A stretch of 64,000 bases of DNA from Eledone cirrhosa (taxonomy: Eukaryota): assembly GCA_964016885.1 (NCBI GenBank), contig OZ024755.1, positions 25,544,001-25,608,000 on the forward strand, in the 5' to 3' direction. Under the pieces are notes generated by a model, which saw nothing but the letters and a program-made list of their open reading frames with translations, had not been told where the DNA came from and did no database searches. Made by a program: the position numbers and the translations under genes. Shown piece by piece: positions 1 through 13,899 of this stretch (position 1 is its first letter; every line of letters begins with the position of its first letter).

Positions 1-19
1 TCATTGATTTAACATGCCA

Positions 20-480
20 TTCATAATATGTATCTTCCTGAAAACTACGTTAAGGGTACACGTGTCTGTGGAAAGCTCAGTCACTTATATGCTAATTCAT
101 GCTCAATGCTGTTCCTCTGACCAAACAGCTGGAACATTCATTGTCAAAACCGACGCAGGCCCCTGTAAAGTGTCATTTACCATTGTCTCACGTCAATCCA
201 AGTGTTGTGAGTGAATCTGGGTAGACGGAAATTGAAGGAAAATGAACTGTACCTGTAACTGAAAGGTCTAGCTTTTGTGACACGCTGAGTCATGCTGAAT
301 TGCTTTAAGAATAACGTAAATGTTACACGTATCTGTGGAATACTCAGCCACATACAGTTTAATCCAAGATGGACAGTAGCTGTAATTCAAACATCTTTGA
401 ATCTCAAGAATTTGTTAATATTACGAGCAGGATTTTCCGCTGATCCAGCATCTGGAACACTCATTGTAGAAAGAGACGGA
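20..480 (+). mobile_element. Two degraded SINE-like fragments (family also at about 2245-2360, 21955-22110 and 23790-23905)
   Basis: Recurrent motif aactacgttaagggtacacgtgtctgtgga..ctcagccact at about 44-90, 310-350 and 2250-2290; reverse complement near 23810-23900. Confidence 0.5.
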
Positions 481-494
481 GATCCATTTGATTT

Positions 495-750
495 CTATGC
501 ATATAAGCCTGGCTGGCAATATTCTGCGCCTGCCCAACGAACGACACTCGAAAATGGTGATTAACTGGACTCCACCAGGCGGCAAACAGAAGTGGGGTCG
601 CCCCAGGATCACCCGGCGACGAACGTCCCCAAAAAAAGGCCTGACGGCAGTCAACATCACTTGGCACAGACGCGAAAAAACCGCCATTGATCGTGATCAT
701 TGGCGAGACTACTTACTGCTTGGGCGGAAGAACCTAATACTAAGAAGAAG
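495..750 (+). mobile_element. RTE-clade LINE 3' end fossil
   Basis: Translation LAGNILRLPNERHSKMVINWTPPGGKQKWGRPRITRRRT resembles the RTE C-terminal W.GH..R...R.......W.P.G.R..GRP..TW pattern; short (AAG)n tail. Confidence 0.65.
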
Positions 751-1004
751 GTTGTACGTGTATCGTAGTATATGCTAACCTGTATATACATGTATGCATG
801 TGTATATATTCCAACTTCAGTAAAAAACGTATATTATATATGCATGCATACACCACTAACCATGTACAGATATATAGAACAAACAGATTATTTCAAATAG
901 AAGCAAGCACTGACATGCATGTATATAAAGACATGGCTCTCTTTTACATTTACTGCGAAACACGTTTACACGTGAACACGCCTACACACGGACACCAGGA
1001 TTAT

Positions 1005-1095
<91 letters not shown>

Positions 1096-1186
1096 TGTGT
1101 ATACATATGTATGAATGTGTATGTATGTAAGTATTTATATATGTATGTGTGTGTGTTTGTACGTATGTATATATATATATATATAT

Positions 1187-1239
1187 GAGCTTCCTGAAGA
1201 TTTCATCTGAATGAAACAGTACTCGTCCTGTAGAAGCTC
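1187..1239 (+). ncRNA. Type I hammerhead ribozyme (family A)
   Basis: GAGCTTC-CTGAAGA-t TTC atct GAA t-GAAA-CAG tactcgtc CTG-TA-GAAGCTC: 7-bp stem I, intact core, predicted GUA cleavage after 1232. Confidence 0.8.
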
Positions 1240-1325
1240 CTTCTATAAAATAAAAAATTATTACTCTGCCATGTATTGAGTACCTTACTTACTGTGGTTA
1301 TCCCCGACTCAACCCGGGACCTACG
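1187..1325 (+). mobile_element. Short non-autonomous PLE-like element, family A (HHR plus about 85-nt tail), in (TA)n
   Basis: Homologous to 18685-18810, 18897-19031, 26672-26866 and 30147-30330; TA repeats on both sides. Confidence 0.65.
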
Positions 1326-1357
<32 letters not shown>

Positions 1358-3512
1358 AGTGTATGTATGTACGTATGTATGTACGTATTATGTAGGTATG
1401 TATGTACGTTTGTACGTATTATGTATGTGTATGTATGTATGTATCTATCTATCTATGTATGTACGCATGTATGTATGTATGTATGTATGTATGTATGTAT
1501 GTATGTATGTATGTATGTATGTATCTATGTATGTATCTATGTATGTATGTATGTGTGTATGTATGTACCTATACACATTAACGGTGCACCGTACACAGGT
1601 ATGTAATGAAGTTATGTTGTTTGTGCAATTACGTGTAATGCGTTTGGAAGGCGGCCCATTATTTCTCGGTCACTTTCTTCCCATTCACCGCCTTGTCTTC
1701 TACCTTTTTTACTATTTATATTTACAAATGTTATTGTTAAAGTTTGTTTTGTTTTTTTTCGTTCTTATTTAATTTTTGGTTTGTTTTTGTTTTCATTTTT
1801 TTGTATTTCTTCATCTCGACTTCTTTTTCTAAGTTATTTGTTTCTTTTCACCAGTGAAAACAATGCTAAATTCCACATTTCACAACCAATGATTAGATTA
1901 TAATAATTCTTTGATCTTTTAGTCTTTTACTACTTTCAGTCATTCGACTGCGGCCATGCAGCAGCACTTTTTTGTTTTTTTTTTGTTTTTTGTTTGTTTA
2001 CAGCTTTCAATCATTAGACTGTGGCCATGTTTCAGCACTTGTTTTACTTGTTTCAGTCATTTGACTGTAGCCACAAACACGTGTATCCTTAAGGATACAT
2101 AGATATATAAATAGATACATACACATAAATACATACATACGTACATACGTACAATCATAGATAGATAAATACATACACACACATACATAAATTACCAGCA
2201 TACGTACATACGTACATACGTACATACATACATAAATACATACATCCTTCAGGATACACGTGTTTGTGGAATACTCAGCCACTTGCATGTAAATTCACGA
2301 GCAGGACATTCAGTTAACAAAACAACTGAATGGTCATCATCGAAACCGACGGAGGACCGTTCGTATATGGATGTGGGTAGGAGTAGGGGAAGAAGACTAT
2401 AGATTGTGAGTCTACGGAGGAACTTCTAACCTAATTAAGTTGTAAATTATAAAACAATAAGAATTGTGAGGTATTAGAATGTCCCGTAATTCTGTGTGTT
2501 CTCTGTTATTGAATCACATAACAAAAGACCAGAGTTATTTCACAGAGTCTCCATTGTAAAGCAGACTGAAGAAGAATGATTTTAATCTCTCGGAATAAGT
2601 TTCACACGAAATGTCAACGATGTCTTTTTTCGACGTTGATTTATTATTGCCAAATTAGGTTTGATGTTGTCATTGTATTAGGAAGGAGTAGAGAGGGACG
2701 ATGGGTGATGGTGGAGGAAGAGGGGAGGAGGAGGAGGGGAGGAGGTGGGGGGGAGGAGAGGGGGGGGTGATGTTAAATGAGAATGGGGGGAGACGGGGGG
2801 GTGAGAGAGGAGGAGGTAAAGGGCGAATGAGGTGGTGAGCGGAAGAGAAGTAGAACAAGAAGGAGGGGAGGGTGGAAGGGGAGGGGAGGATGAGGAGAAG
2901 GTGGAGGAGGGGGGAGGTGATAAAGGAGAATGTGGTGGTGGGGGAGAGGAAGAGGAGGTGAAGGTGGAGAAGGTGGAGAAGGAGGAAGAGGAAATATATA
3001 GTCAGTACTACGTAACACTTGTGTGTTCTCTTCAGCAGACAAACCGTGTGTTACAAATAGCATGTTGTTATAGGCACCCTCCTATTTAAACCAAACTTCT
3101 TGTTCATTTGCAAGCCGACTTTTTCTCTTCCTCACATTTACTTGTCAAGTCACGTAAAACTCTATCTATGTATGTATTTATATATATATATGTGTGTGTG
3201 TATGTATTTAATATGTATGTATGTACGTATGTCTGCATGTATGTATGTTTGTATGTATGTATGTTTGTGTGTATGCATCTATGTATGTAAGTATGTATGT
3301 ATGTATGCATGTATGTATGTATGCATGTATGTATGTATATATGCACGTATGTATGTATGTACGTATGTATGTATTTATGTATATATATATGTGTGTGTAT
3401 GTATTTAATATGTATGTATGTACGTATGTCTGCATATATGTATGTTTGTATGTATGCATCTATGTATGTAAGTATGTATGTATGTATTTATGTATGTTTG
3501 TACGTATGTATG

Positions 3513-3687
3513 TTATCTCTTTCTCTTAATTTCGAGTATATTTCTTTGACCGGCCACCTTCCTGGTGGCAAGGTTGTAAAAGAAAAGAAATTGTCATCCC
3601 TTGAATCGAAAGAATGTTTTGCAAATTTTGAAGGTGCCAGCTATCGCAGCCATTTGTAGACTATGAATTAGGGAGCTGCGTTCTTTG
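3513..3687 (-). mobile_element. R4/Dong-like LINE 3' end, 5'-truncated, inside (TATG)n
   Basis: Near-identical reverse complement of 55560-55735 (SSLIHSLQMAAIAGTFKICKTF plus 3' UTR hairpin GCCACC-aggaa-GGTGGC). Confidence 0.8.
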
Positions 3688-4074
3688 TATGTATGTATGT
3701 ATGTATGTATGTATGTATGTATGTATGTATGTATGTATGTATGTATGTATGTATGTATGTGTGAGTGTATGAATGCATATATGTATGTTCTTCTGGTTTT
3801 ATTATTTTATAAATTTACACCTATAGAGAGAGAGTCGGTTTCTAACATAGACACAAGACTTTCATTAGAATTTCGACATCAACTAGGTAAATACGTATGT
3901 ATGTCTATATGAGTTTGCGTGTGTATGTGTGTTTGTGTTTGTGTATGTGTGCGTGTATGTCTGAGTCTGTGTATGTAGGAATGTATGTTATTGTATGTGT
4001 GGATCTTCATGTTGTGAGTTATACGTGCACATGCACATATGTTTCTCTGTGTATACATGTCTATGCATGTGTAT

Positions 4075-4935
4075 ATGCAATTATTACATGCCGAATTTCT
4101 GAAATGTTTTATATATTTTTACAGTTCCATTAATGGACTGTACTTGCAACTTCTTAACTAGCTGTGCTGTTTCTAGTTCTGTAAAGCCCAGCTACTAAAA
4201 GATTTGTACTGAGGTAACGTATCCAAGAACCCCAATAATCACAGGTATGTATCTAAAAGTAAATACAGGGTGGAATATTTGCAGATTCCTCATTAGTTCA
4301 GCATAAATGTTCTCCTTGCCACTGATCATTAGCATTATATTTACAATCGCTGGGTAGCTGACTTCCACAACTGTGCATGCCTTCTTTTTCCCTGTCCCAT
4401 ATCCCTATGTCTCGTTTGCTGTGTTTGCATTTTACTGGAGTTTTGACTGGGATATTCCACCAGTTTTTTCATACATGGATTCATTGCAATTTCCTCGGAT
4501 GTGAATTTTTGGTTAACATGCAGGGAATATTTCTCAAGGAACTCCTTCCCAACTCTCATAATATTATGTGTCTCATATAGAGACTTGTTCAATGGATGGG
4601 CTTCTAAGCTTGGTGATTCTTAGATATTGTCGGAGGGATATGATGCCACTCCCAAATGCTGTCTGGACTGATGTTAAGCCTCTGCATCCCTGTTTACGTT
4701 TCAAGTAATGGTAGTCTAAGTCATGCTGATATGAACATTTCCGGTATTGGTTTTTCGAATGTTAATATCGATGGCTCAGATTACAGCTAGAGACCAATCA
4801 AGTAATCCAAATGGTGGTGTCAGGATAGACACAGCAAACACATTGTGGGCCACTGATTTATTGTGCGCAGTGAGTTCCGAAGACCATATTTTTCTTATTC
4901 GGGTGTTATATTCGCTGGTTTATCGTTCCTTGTTA
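4075..4935 (-). mobile_element. R4/Dong-like non-LTR retrotransposon fossil (post-RT region to RLE domain), second subfamily
   Basis: Minus-strand pieces read FAVSILTPPFGLLDW, GCRGLTSVQ and WWNIPVKTPVKCKHSKRDIGIWDRE..CTVVEVSYP..KENIYAELMRNLQIFHP..IPVIIGVLG, paralleling the 55346-55642 ORF; frameshifted. Confidence 0.7.
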
Positions 4936-5625
4936 TAAATAACAATTTTGGAAGCTGATGACGTAGAGCCATCTAGCGGATTCCAGCAGAAGCAGGGGCA
5001 GGTAACTGTCGACGTTCATCGTTTCTGACTCTTGTCGTTATCAAAATAGGTCTCCCCTACCTTGCTCTCTGTTGGAATTCAATATGGACGAAAACATGGT
5101 TTTGACGTCTATGTACATTATTAGCTATTTGAAAAGATGATGGATTTCGCAACTGACTGCACCAGGGTTCCTATTCCTCAGGGAACCACACTATATGGGG
5201 GACAGGGAATTCTGGGGCATGAGAGTGGGATCCGTCATCTCGACAGTAGTCGAAGAATGATGATGATGATGACATGGGCTGATTAGCCGCATTTGCATAT
5301 GGAGCGATCGGTCGGCTCGGCCTAAAAATAGAACTAAGGTATTTGCTCAAACATAGCTGTATACATATACGTATGTGCATTTTGTATATCTAGCGATATA
5401 TGGTGTGTTTACGAATAAACATTTGAAAGCCTGTAGCTATGAATTTTGGAAGGTGATGTCGACGATCATTTTTTCTGACTTTGGTCGTTCAGCTTCCAAA
5501 ATTCAGAACTATCCGTAAACGTACTGTATATCGTTAAATATATAAAGTACAGATACATATAAATATAAATATACACACACATATATATATATAATGTATA
5601 CTATATTGGGTATATTGGTACAATA

Positions 5626-5686
<61 letters not shown>

Positions 5687-5795
5687 ATATATACACTATT
5701 GTGGAGTATATTGGTATTTTATTTGATATATACACAACATAAACTATTGCTCTGGTACATTGGTATTTCATTTCATATATATATATGTGTGTGTG

Positions 5796-5842
<47 letters not shown>

Positions 5843-5872
5843 AATATATATATATATATATATATGTTATAT

Positions 5873-6054
5873 ATAACGAAGGAAATGTGGTAAGGAACCA
5901 GGTGGACCATAACGCACCAAAGTACTCAATACTTGAGGTAGTAGAGTGGGTAATAGGAACCAGTAAGACCCCGACAGCTGAGCTCAAGCCGTTTCGACGG
6001 CTTAGCCGTCGAAACGGCTTGAGCTCAGCTGTCGGGGTCTTACTGGTTCCTATT
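5873..6054. mobile_element. Family B short element with perfect fold-back (51-bp arms 5952-6002 / 6004-6054)
   Basis: Arms are exact reverse complements; contains the HHR 3' half GAAA-CGGC-ttgagctca-GCTG-TC; other copies at 7218, 40983 and 52605; flanked by (TA)n. Confidence 0.7.
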
Positions 6055-6147
6055 TGTTATATATATATATATATATATGTATTATATATATGTAATATAT
6101 ATGTATATATGGGTGTGTGGGTGAATAGGTGTATTTCTGTATAAATA

Positions 6148-6336
6148 ATTGTTTCTACATTTGGCACAAGGCCACCAATTATCCCAGTGCATTACTGGTA
6201 CTTTATTTTATCGACCCCCGTAAAGATGAAAGGCAACGTTAACCTCGGCTGGATTTGAACTCAGATCATAAAACGCCGTAACTCTATGCTACAAAGCATG
6301 GCGTCCGACCGTCTACCGATACTGCCAATCCACAGC
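6148..6336 (-). mobile_element. tRNA-type SINE
   Basis: Reverse complement of 10012-10260; B-box-like gagttcaaatcc and body gaggttaac.ttgcctttcatc. Confidence 0.75.
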
Positions 6337-6518
6337 CTTTTTTTCGTAACCGACCGAGATCCACCCATAACATAATGAGTGTGTGTGGGGGTGAATGGGT
6401 GTATTTCTGTATAAATAATCTTGTTACAATAGTAGTCTTACAAACAAACAATACCTTCTCTATTCTTTAAACAATACTGAAGTTATCAAGGTGACAATCT
6501 CGTTGACATTTAATTACG

Positions 6519-6671
<153 letters not shown>

Positions 6672-6683
6672 ATACATATATAC

Positions 6684-6716
<33 letters not shown>

Positions 6717-6798
6717 AATGGAACAACAGGTTGGGCTGAGCTGACAGGGTGTAGTAGTAATAGTAGTAGCAGTAGTAGAAGTAGTAGCAGTAGTAGCA

Positions 6799-6867
<69 letters not shown>

Positions 6868-7139
6868 TTCAATAATGAAAGGCCGGGATGATGTTAAGCC
6901 ACTATTGACACTGTAAAGGTCAATTAGGAAGTTATTGTGACTTCAATGAAGTACCACGTCTCATTGTTTCATTGAACAATATAAGTTTCACTGTCTTAGC
7001 AGCTGACATCATTATATTCAATAATCCATAGGCATGACTTGTATATATGCATAGCATATCCACTATATATATATATATAGTTGTAGAGAAACAAGAAAAA
7101 CACATTAAATTGCACAAAGTTTTATTAGTTTCATGCCTG

Positions 7140-7217
<78 letters not shown>

Positions 7218-7222
<5 letters not shown>

Positions 7223-7352
7223 AACGAGTAGGACCCCGACGGCTGAGCTCAAGCCGTTTCGACGGCTAATTCCTATCACCCACTCTACTACCCTAAGTAT
7301 TGAGTACTTTGGTGCGTTATGGTCCATCTGGTTCCTTACCACATTTCCTTCG

Positions 7353-7356
<4 letters not shown>
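7218..7356. mobile_element. Family B element with inverted 5' segment
   Basis: 7218-7269 matches 5953-6002 in the same orientation; 7270-7356 is the reverse complement of 5873-5959; (TA)n on both sides. Confidence 0.7.
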
Positions 7357-7397
<41 letters not shown>

Positions 7398-7419
7398 TGT
7401 GTGTGTGTGTGAGTGTATG

Positions 7420-7452
<33 letters not shown>

Positions 7453-7726
7453 ATCTGCATATGTGCGTCTGGGTGTTCGTGTATGTATGTGTGTGTGTTT
7501 GTGTGTATGTGTGCATTAAAATTAATTTTACCCAACCTTGGAATAAACGACTAGAATGTATTTACATTTTGAAACAAAGGAAAACTTGCTAAAACAATTT
7601 TGTAATGTGGTCAGAATGTTCGGTTTCATGCGTTCAATTTTCTCTGGTGTATTCTTTTCTTGAGCCAGACACTTTATTTCTCGTTGCTCAGTGGAAAAAA
7701 AAATGTGTTCTACCTGTGATTAAAAA

Positions 7727-8545
7727 AACTAGCCTTATCACACATTTTTAACTAACTTTATCACACATTTTGAAACTAGCTTTATCACACATTTTGAAAC
7801 TAGCTTTATCACACATTTTGAAACTAGCTTTATCATACATTTTGAAACTAGCTTTATCGCACATTTTGAAACTAGCTTTATCATACATTTTGGAACTAGC
7901 TTTATCATATATTTTGAAACTAGCTTTATCATACATTTTGAAATGAAACTAGCTTTATCGCACATTTTGAAACTAGCTTTATCGCACATTTTGAAACTAG
8001 CTTTATCATACATTTTGAAACTAGCTTTATCATACATTTTGAAACTAGATTTATCGCACATTTTGAAACTAACTTTATCGCACATTTTGAAACTAGCTTT
8101 ATCGCACATTTTGAAACTAGCTTTATCATACATTTTGAAACTAGCTTTATCGCACATTTTGAAACTAGCTTTATCATACATTTTGAAACTAGCTTTATCA
8201 TACATTTTGAAACTAGCTTTATCATACATTTTGAAACTAGATTTATCGCACATTTTGAAACTAACTTTATCGCACATTTTGAAACTAGCTTTATCGCACA
8301 TTTTGAAACTAGCTTTATCATACATTTTGAAACTAGCTTTATCATACATTTTGAAACTAGCTTTATCATACATTTTGAAACTAGCTTTATCGCACATTTT
8401 GAAACTAGCTTTATCATACATTTTGAAACTAGCTTTATCGCACATTTTGAAACTAGCTTTATCATACATTTTGAAACTAGCTTTATCATACATTTTGAAA
8501 CTAGCTTTATCGCACATTTTGAAACTAGCTTTATCATACATTTTG
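7727..8545. repeat. 24-bp minisatellite, about 34 units (ttttgaaactagctttatc[ata/gca/aca]ca)
   Basis: Directly visible tandem array. Confidence 0.95.
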
Positions 8546-9196
8546 CCACACACGGTATCTCACTGAAAACTAAGTTATGAGTACACGTGTCTTTGGAATG
8601 TCAAACAAGTGGAACACTCGGTGGTCAGCACACTGTGATATTACTTCGGTGTCCTAATCGTTCCTTATATGTTACTTCTAACTTTTTAAAATGCCGTCAA
8701 TATGAATATGTTTCAAATATTTTCAAAAGGTAAACATGTGGTTTTGTTAAAGTATTTAATTAGAAATATATGTCATTTATATACTAGCTTAATTAATTGA
8801 TATATTTGGCCTTAATTGCTGCCGCGCGCGTACACACACAGAGACACGCACACACACACACATACACACATACATACACACACGCGCGCGCACGCTTAAA
8901 CGTATATAAATATCTATGCACTTATCTGTATATTTGAATGAGTATGCACTCACTATATATATATATATATATATATGTATATACACACACACGTCTGAAT
9001 ATAGGAAGATATGCTAGAACGTATTTACACACATGCGCATGCCTGTGTATATGAAAACATATACGAACATATACATATATGCACAAGTATATATATATAT
9101 ATAAGAGCATACATATAGCTAGGTCTTCATATATGAGCATATACACAGATTTATATACACATATGCACATGCCTATATATATGAAGTTATGCGCTA

Positions 9197-9283
<87 letters not shown>

Positions 9284-9981
9284 GTGTGTGTTAGCACATA
9301 CACACACACTATAAACGTGAGTTATAGATAAATAGAGTATCTTGAATTAATTAGTCAGAAATTACAGACGGAAATCAGTGAAGATATTCAAATATTATTA
9401 TATTCCGCTTGAAGCTAACAATTCTATTGCAGAGATGTGTTAACACCTTAGTGCTTCTTAAGCAAGTTAATTTAAATCTTTTTAATTACCTGCGCACTTT
9501 TTTATGCTCGATATCTTAGCCAAGGGGCTGGAACTTGTCAGCCATAATGTAAAATACTCAAATATATGGGTACCATTTGGTGGAGTATAGAAAAATATGG
9601 TTTAAACTACTATCTGCCCTTGTGAAAATCAAAAATGAAATTCTTCAAAAAGATTTGGATCAGCTCAGGCTATTGGAGTTCTGTCCCTTGATAGTTACTC
9701 ATTATCTGAACAACCTTAAAGACAATTTCGATCTTAAACTTGCGTGGATGTTCGTAGCTGAATGAAGTTTTCCCACTCCGTATATCCAGACAGTGAAACT
9801 CTGTTTATATAGAGAACTCGCTCCCTGTAGGAACTTTCGACTCTACACTTCGCTGAGACAAATAATCAACACATTATTTATTTCTCCATGTATGTATGTA
9901 TATATGTATGTATGTTTGTATGTATGTATGTGTGTATATAACTCTGTATGTATGTATCTATATTTATGTGTACATCCCCCC

Positions 9982-10011
<30 letters not shown>

Positions 10012-10012
<1 letters not shown>

Positions 10013-10260
10013 GGGCGGTGAATTGGCAGTATCGGTGGAGGGTCGGACGCCATGCTTTCCAGCATAGCTACGTCCCTTTACGGTCTGAGTTAAAATCCCG
10101 CCGAGGTTAACTTTGCCTTTCATCCTTACGGGGTCGATAAAATAAAGTAATTACGGGGGTCGATAAAATAAAGTAATTACGGAGTCGATGAAATAAAGTA
10201 ATTACGGGGTCGATAAAATAAAGTAATTGCTGGCCTTGTGCCAAAAGTAAAAACAATTAT
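10012..10260 (+). mobile_element. tRNA-type SINE with about 4 internal tandem copies of tacggggtcgataaaataaagtaat
   Basis: Head ggcggtgaattggcagtatcgg (A-box-like), gagttaaaatcccgccgagg (B-box-like), tail ggccttgtgccaaaagtaaaaacaattatt. Confidence 0.8.
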
Positions 10261-10629
10261 TTATTTCTCCCCTACATCTGATTGTTGTTATGCTAGCCAG
10301 CTTTTTGAGAAGCCAGCTCCTTAATCACACAGGCATGCTCATGTCTATTAAAATAGGTCATAAGTTTCATCTTTTATTATGAAACTTGAGATATAAGTGT
10401 AAGGATCTATGTGCGAGGAGAATAAGTCATAGTTGCTCATTATTTCTACTTACAAATTACGTTTAAAATATTTTCTAGCTGACATTTTATCTATTATATA
10501 CAAATGTCGTTAATATATTTCTGTGTGTGTATATATAATTATGTATGCATCTATATTTATGTGTATACCTGCCCCTCCCCCATATATATCTATGTATGTA
10601 TGCATGTATGTATATATGTGTGTATGTAT

Positions 10630-10938
10630 GTTCTTCTTTTTGGTAAATATCATCTTGGTTAAGAGAGTGGGACTGGCTTTGTGCAGTGCCTTTGCTCACT
10701 ATAAAAGCTTCACGGCACAGGCATTGCTTTATATCTGGAGATCTCTCTGCACTTGTCGTCACATGGTACCATGGGCCCAGCACTATGTGTCAATAATTGT
10801 CACAAGTGTAGTGTTTGTACCAGAGTTTTCAAGTCGCTGGCTGGACTAAAAAGCCACACTCGTTCAGCGCATCGGTAGGGGTTCTCCTACATGGATATAA
10901 AGTAGTGGCCGTACTCGAAAACGAGTTGGCAGCCATCA
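10630..10938 (+). mobile_element. Family M non-coding interspersed repeat (shortest copy)
   Basis: Near-identical to 42499-42808 and to the reverse complement of 54528-54837; flanked by (TATG)n. Confidence 0.8.
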
Positions 10939-11318
10939 TGTATGTATGTATGTGTGTATGTATATAACTCTGTATATATGTAGCCATATTTATGTGTACA
11001 CCCCATATGTATGTATGTACGTAATTGTGTAAGGAAAAATATATATATATGCATATATATATATATATGTGTGTGAGAGTATGTCTATGTGTGTGTATAT
11101 ATATTTGTGTGAGTGTGTGTGTGTGCGTATTTGTGTCACTATGTGTGTTTGTATATTTCTGTGTGTGTATATATGTATGTATCTATGTGTGTGTCTATGT
11201 TTGTGTGTATTTGCGTGCGCCTGCGTGTGAGTATGTATGTGTGTATCTGTGTGTGAATATATGCATGTATCTTTGTCTCTCTCTCTCTCTCACTCTCTCT
11301 CTCTCTATATATATATAT

Positions 11319-11367
<49 letters not shown>

Positions 11368-11426
11368 TGTGTGTCTGTGTGTGAGCATGTATGTGTATGT
11401 GCGTATCTGTCTGTGTGTGTGTATGT

Positions 11427-11466
<40 letters not shown>

Positions 11467-11489
11467 GTGTGTGTGTGTGGGCATGAAGT

Positions 11490-11940
11490 ATGTTGGTCTG
11501 TATTTCCTTATCACTTGCCGAGCAATCCCATCAAGGGGATTCTTTCTCAATCTCTGTGTTCTAAATCTATTTAAGTTGCCGTACAAAGATAATGCTCCCT
11601 GATATTCTGTTAGAAAACAGATATATTTTGCTCCAGTGGGACTGCGATGGCTATCAGTAAAAATATCTCCGTCTGAAGCTCCTTGACAATTATATCAAAG
11701 CGTCTTGCTTTTGGCTTTCACTAAGAGTATATATGTCACCGAATACAGAATAGACTGACTCACTTAAATTTAAGTAAATCAGAATGAAAGCGTATCATAC
11801 CTAAGGAAGGGGTAGACCCGTGATTTGCAATGGCTGATGCAGCGGGTGTGGGTGGCTGTTTGTCGCAGCAAACATACGCCATTCTTGTCCGCCGTGAGGG
11901 CAGATCTGGGATATATAGTTCAACCAAGAATGTTGTGCAT
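11490..11940 (-). mobile_element. Highly degraded R4/Dong-like RLE fragment
   Basis: Minus strand reads ARRFDIIVKELQTEIFLLIAIAVPLEQNIS, resembling the RLE motif NRPDI..K....CLLIDI..P.D.NI. Confidence 0.4.
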
Positions 11941-11973
11941 GTGAGTATATATGTGTTATATATGTATATATAT

Positions 11974-12256
11974 ATAAATATTTATTGTATAATAAACAAT
12001 ACCGTATAATTACCTCATTACCAGAGGTTTCCCGAATAAGACGAATACAAGAAACGTCCGCAATCGTTCATCAGACAAATTGCCTTGTCTGATGAACGAA
12101 TGCGGACGTTTCTTGTATTGGTCTTATTCGGGAAACCTCTGGTAATGAGGTAATTATACCGTATTGTTTATTATACATTAAATATTTATTTCTGTAACTT
12201 ACATCGAGCACTCTTCATTCCTCTGACTTTTTCAATTTTCAATGGAAACTTCAATA

Positions 12257-12259
<3 letters not shown>
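11974..12259. mobile_element. Family C short element with about 105-bp fold-back (11974-12078 / 12085-12189)
   Basis: Arms are reverse complements with about 4 mismatches; 70-nt unpaired tail then (TA)n. Confidence 0.75.
12085..12157 (+). ncRNA. Hammerhead-like motif with long stem II (mirror copy on the - strand at 12006-12078)
   Basis: CTGATGA at 12089; stem II CGAAT..GAC..GTC..ATTCG; GAAA-CCTC-tggtaat-GAGG-TA; stem I weak because the fold-back point lies 4 nt upstream. Confidence 0.55.
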
Positions 12260-12352
<93 letters not shown>

Positions 12353-12353
12353 C

Positions 12354-12409
<56 letters not shown>

Positions 12410-12425
12410 GTATATATATATATAA

Positions 12426-12563
<138 letters not shown>

Positions 12564-12824
12564 TTATAAGAATTTCCTAAGAATTTTATTTCTGACTGAA
12601 ACCAGTAAAACAACAGTGCCCCAGCATGACCGTAGTCTAATCGCTGAAACCAGTAGAAGAATGAAAAGGTGAAGGTGTAAAAGTGTGATAAAATATAACA
12701 CAGCAATAAATTGTTGAGCAAATGTGGAAAATATGAAAAGGAAAAAAAGAGCCGATGGGGTTTATATCGTAAACATATTTAATTTTAATTGGAAAAATTG
12801 CTCTTTGTCTTCTTTTTAGCCCTG

Positions 12825-12884
<60 letters not shown>

Positions 12885-12925
12885 CAGCACCAGCAGTAGT
12901 AGCAGCTGCAGCAGCACTAGTAGTA

Positions 12926-12956
<31 letters not shown>

Positions 12957-12982
12957 CAGTAGTAGTAGTAGTAGTAGTATTG

Positions 12983-13053
<71 letters not shown>

Positions 13054-13899
13054 TTTTAGATAAAAACATCTATTATTACTACTATTATAGATACCAAACT
13101 TATAAAATAATATAGGAGTAAAAAACTAGGGTCGGTTCAGTTGACTTCCCCCGCCCCAAAACCTCTTGCCTTGCCCTTAACTTAAAAATCATAATATTTC
13201 AATGTAGCACTTTAACAATTCTACTTTAGCGACCCCTCCGAACAACAACACAAGTTCACAACAACATCAACAACACAAGTTCACAACTATAACAACAGTA
13301 GCATGATCAAATCAACAACAGCAACCTCACAACAATAACAATAACAACACAAGTTCACAACAACAATGCAAGCTCACAAGAACTACAGCGTGTTCGGAAC
13401 AACAACAACATGTTCACAACTACAACAACATACCAACACAAGTTCACAAAAAAAAACAGCAACAACAACTGCCACAACAAAGCCCAGGAGCAGATAACTC
13501 TGACACCTACAACCGTCAAATGCCGCCCCCAAACATTGCTGGAGTGTCTAGCAAGAGTGAGAGCCCACAAATTAATCAGTATATCTCTGTGGAAAGATAA
13601 GAAACTCTAATCTGTCAGCTTATCTCAGTGAACGTAGTAAATGTAAGGAGCAGAGACTAACAAACAAATTCTCGCCTGTTAATAAAACACTTTAAAAATA
13701 ACAGCACGTAGCCGACCGCAAAGTTAGATATGCAGCAATATTTCACAACAACATATTATCTATAGTAGCTGCCATGTTAGTGAGGGCAGGTTTCAGGTCA
13801 TTTTTTTTTTTTTTTTTTTCACAACAACGTAGTGTGTATGGTTAACTTGCCGTGTTACTCAGGGCGTTTTGTTTTTATTTTCTTAAGAAACAAAATCGA

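Noticed and set aside
7727-8566. CRISPR-like array or repeat protein (KMYDKASF)n
   Set aside because: Units are contiguous with no unique spacers, and several frames are open because the period is 24 bp
10012-10110. tRNA genes at SINE heads
   Set aside because: A/B-box-like motifs only, no cloverleaf, and they continue into SINE bodies
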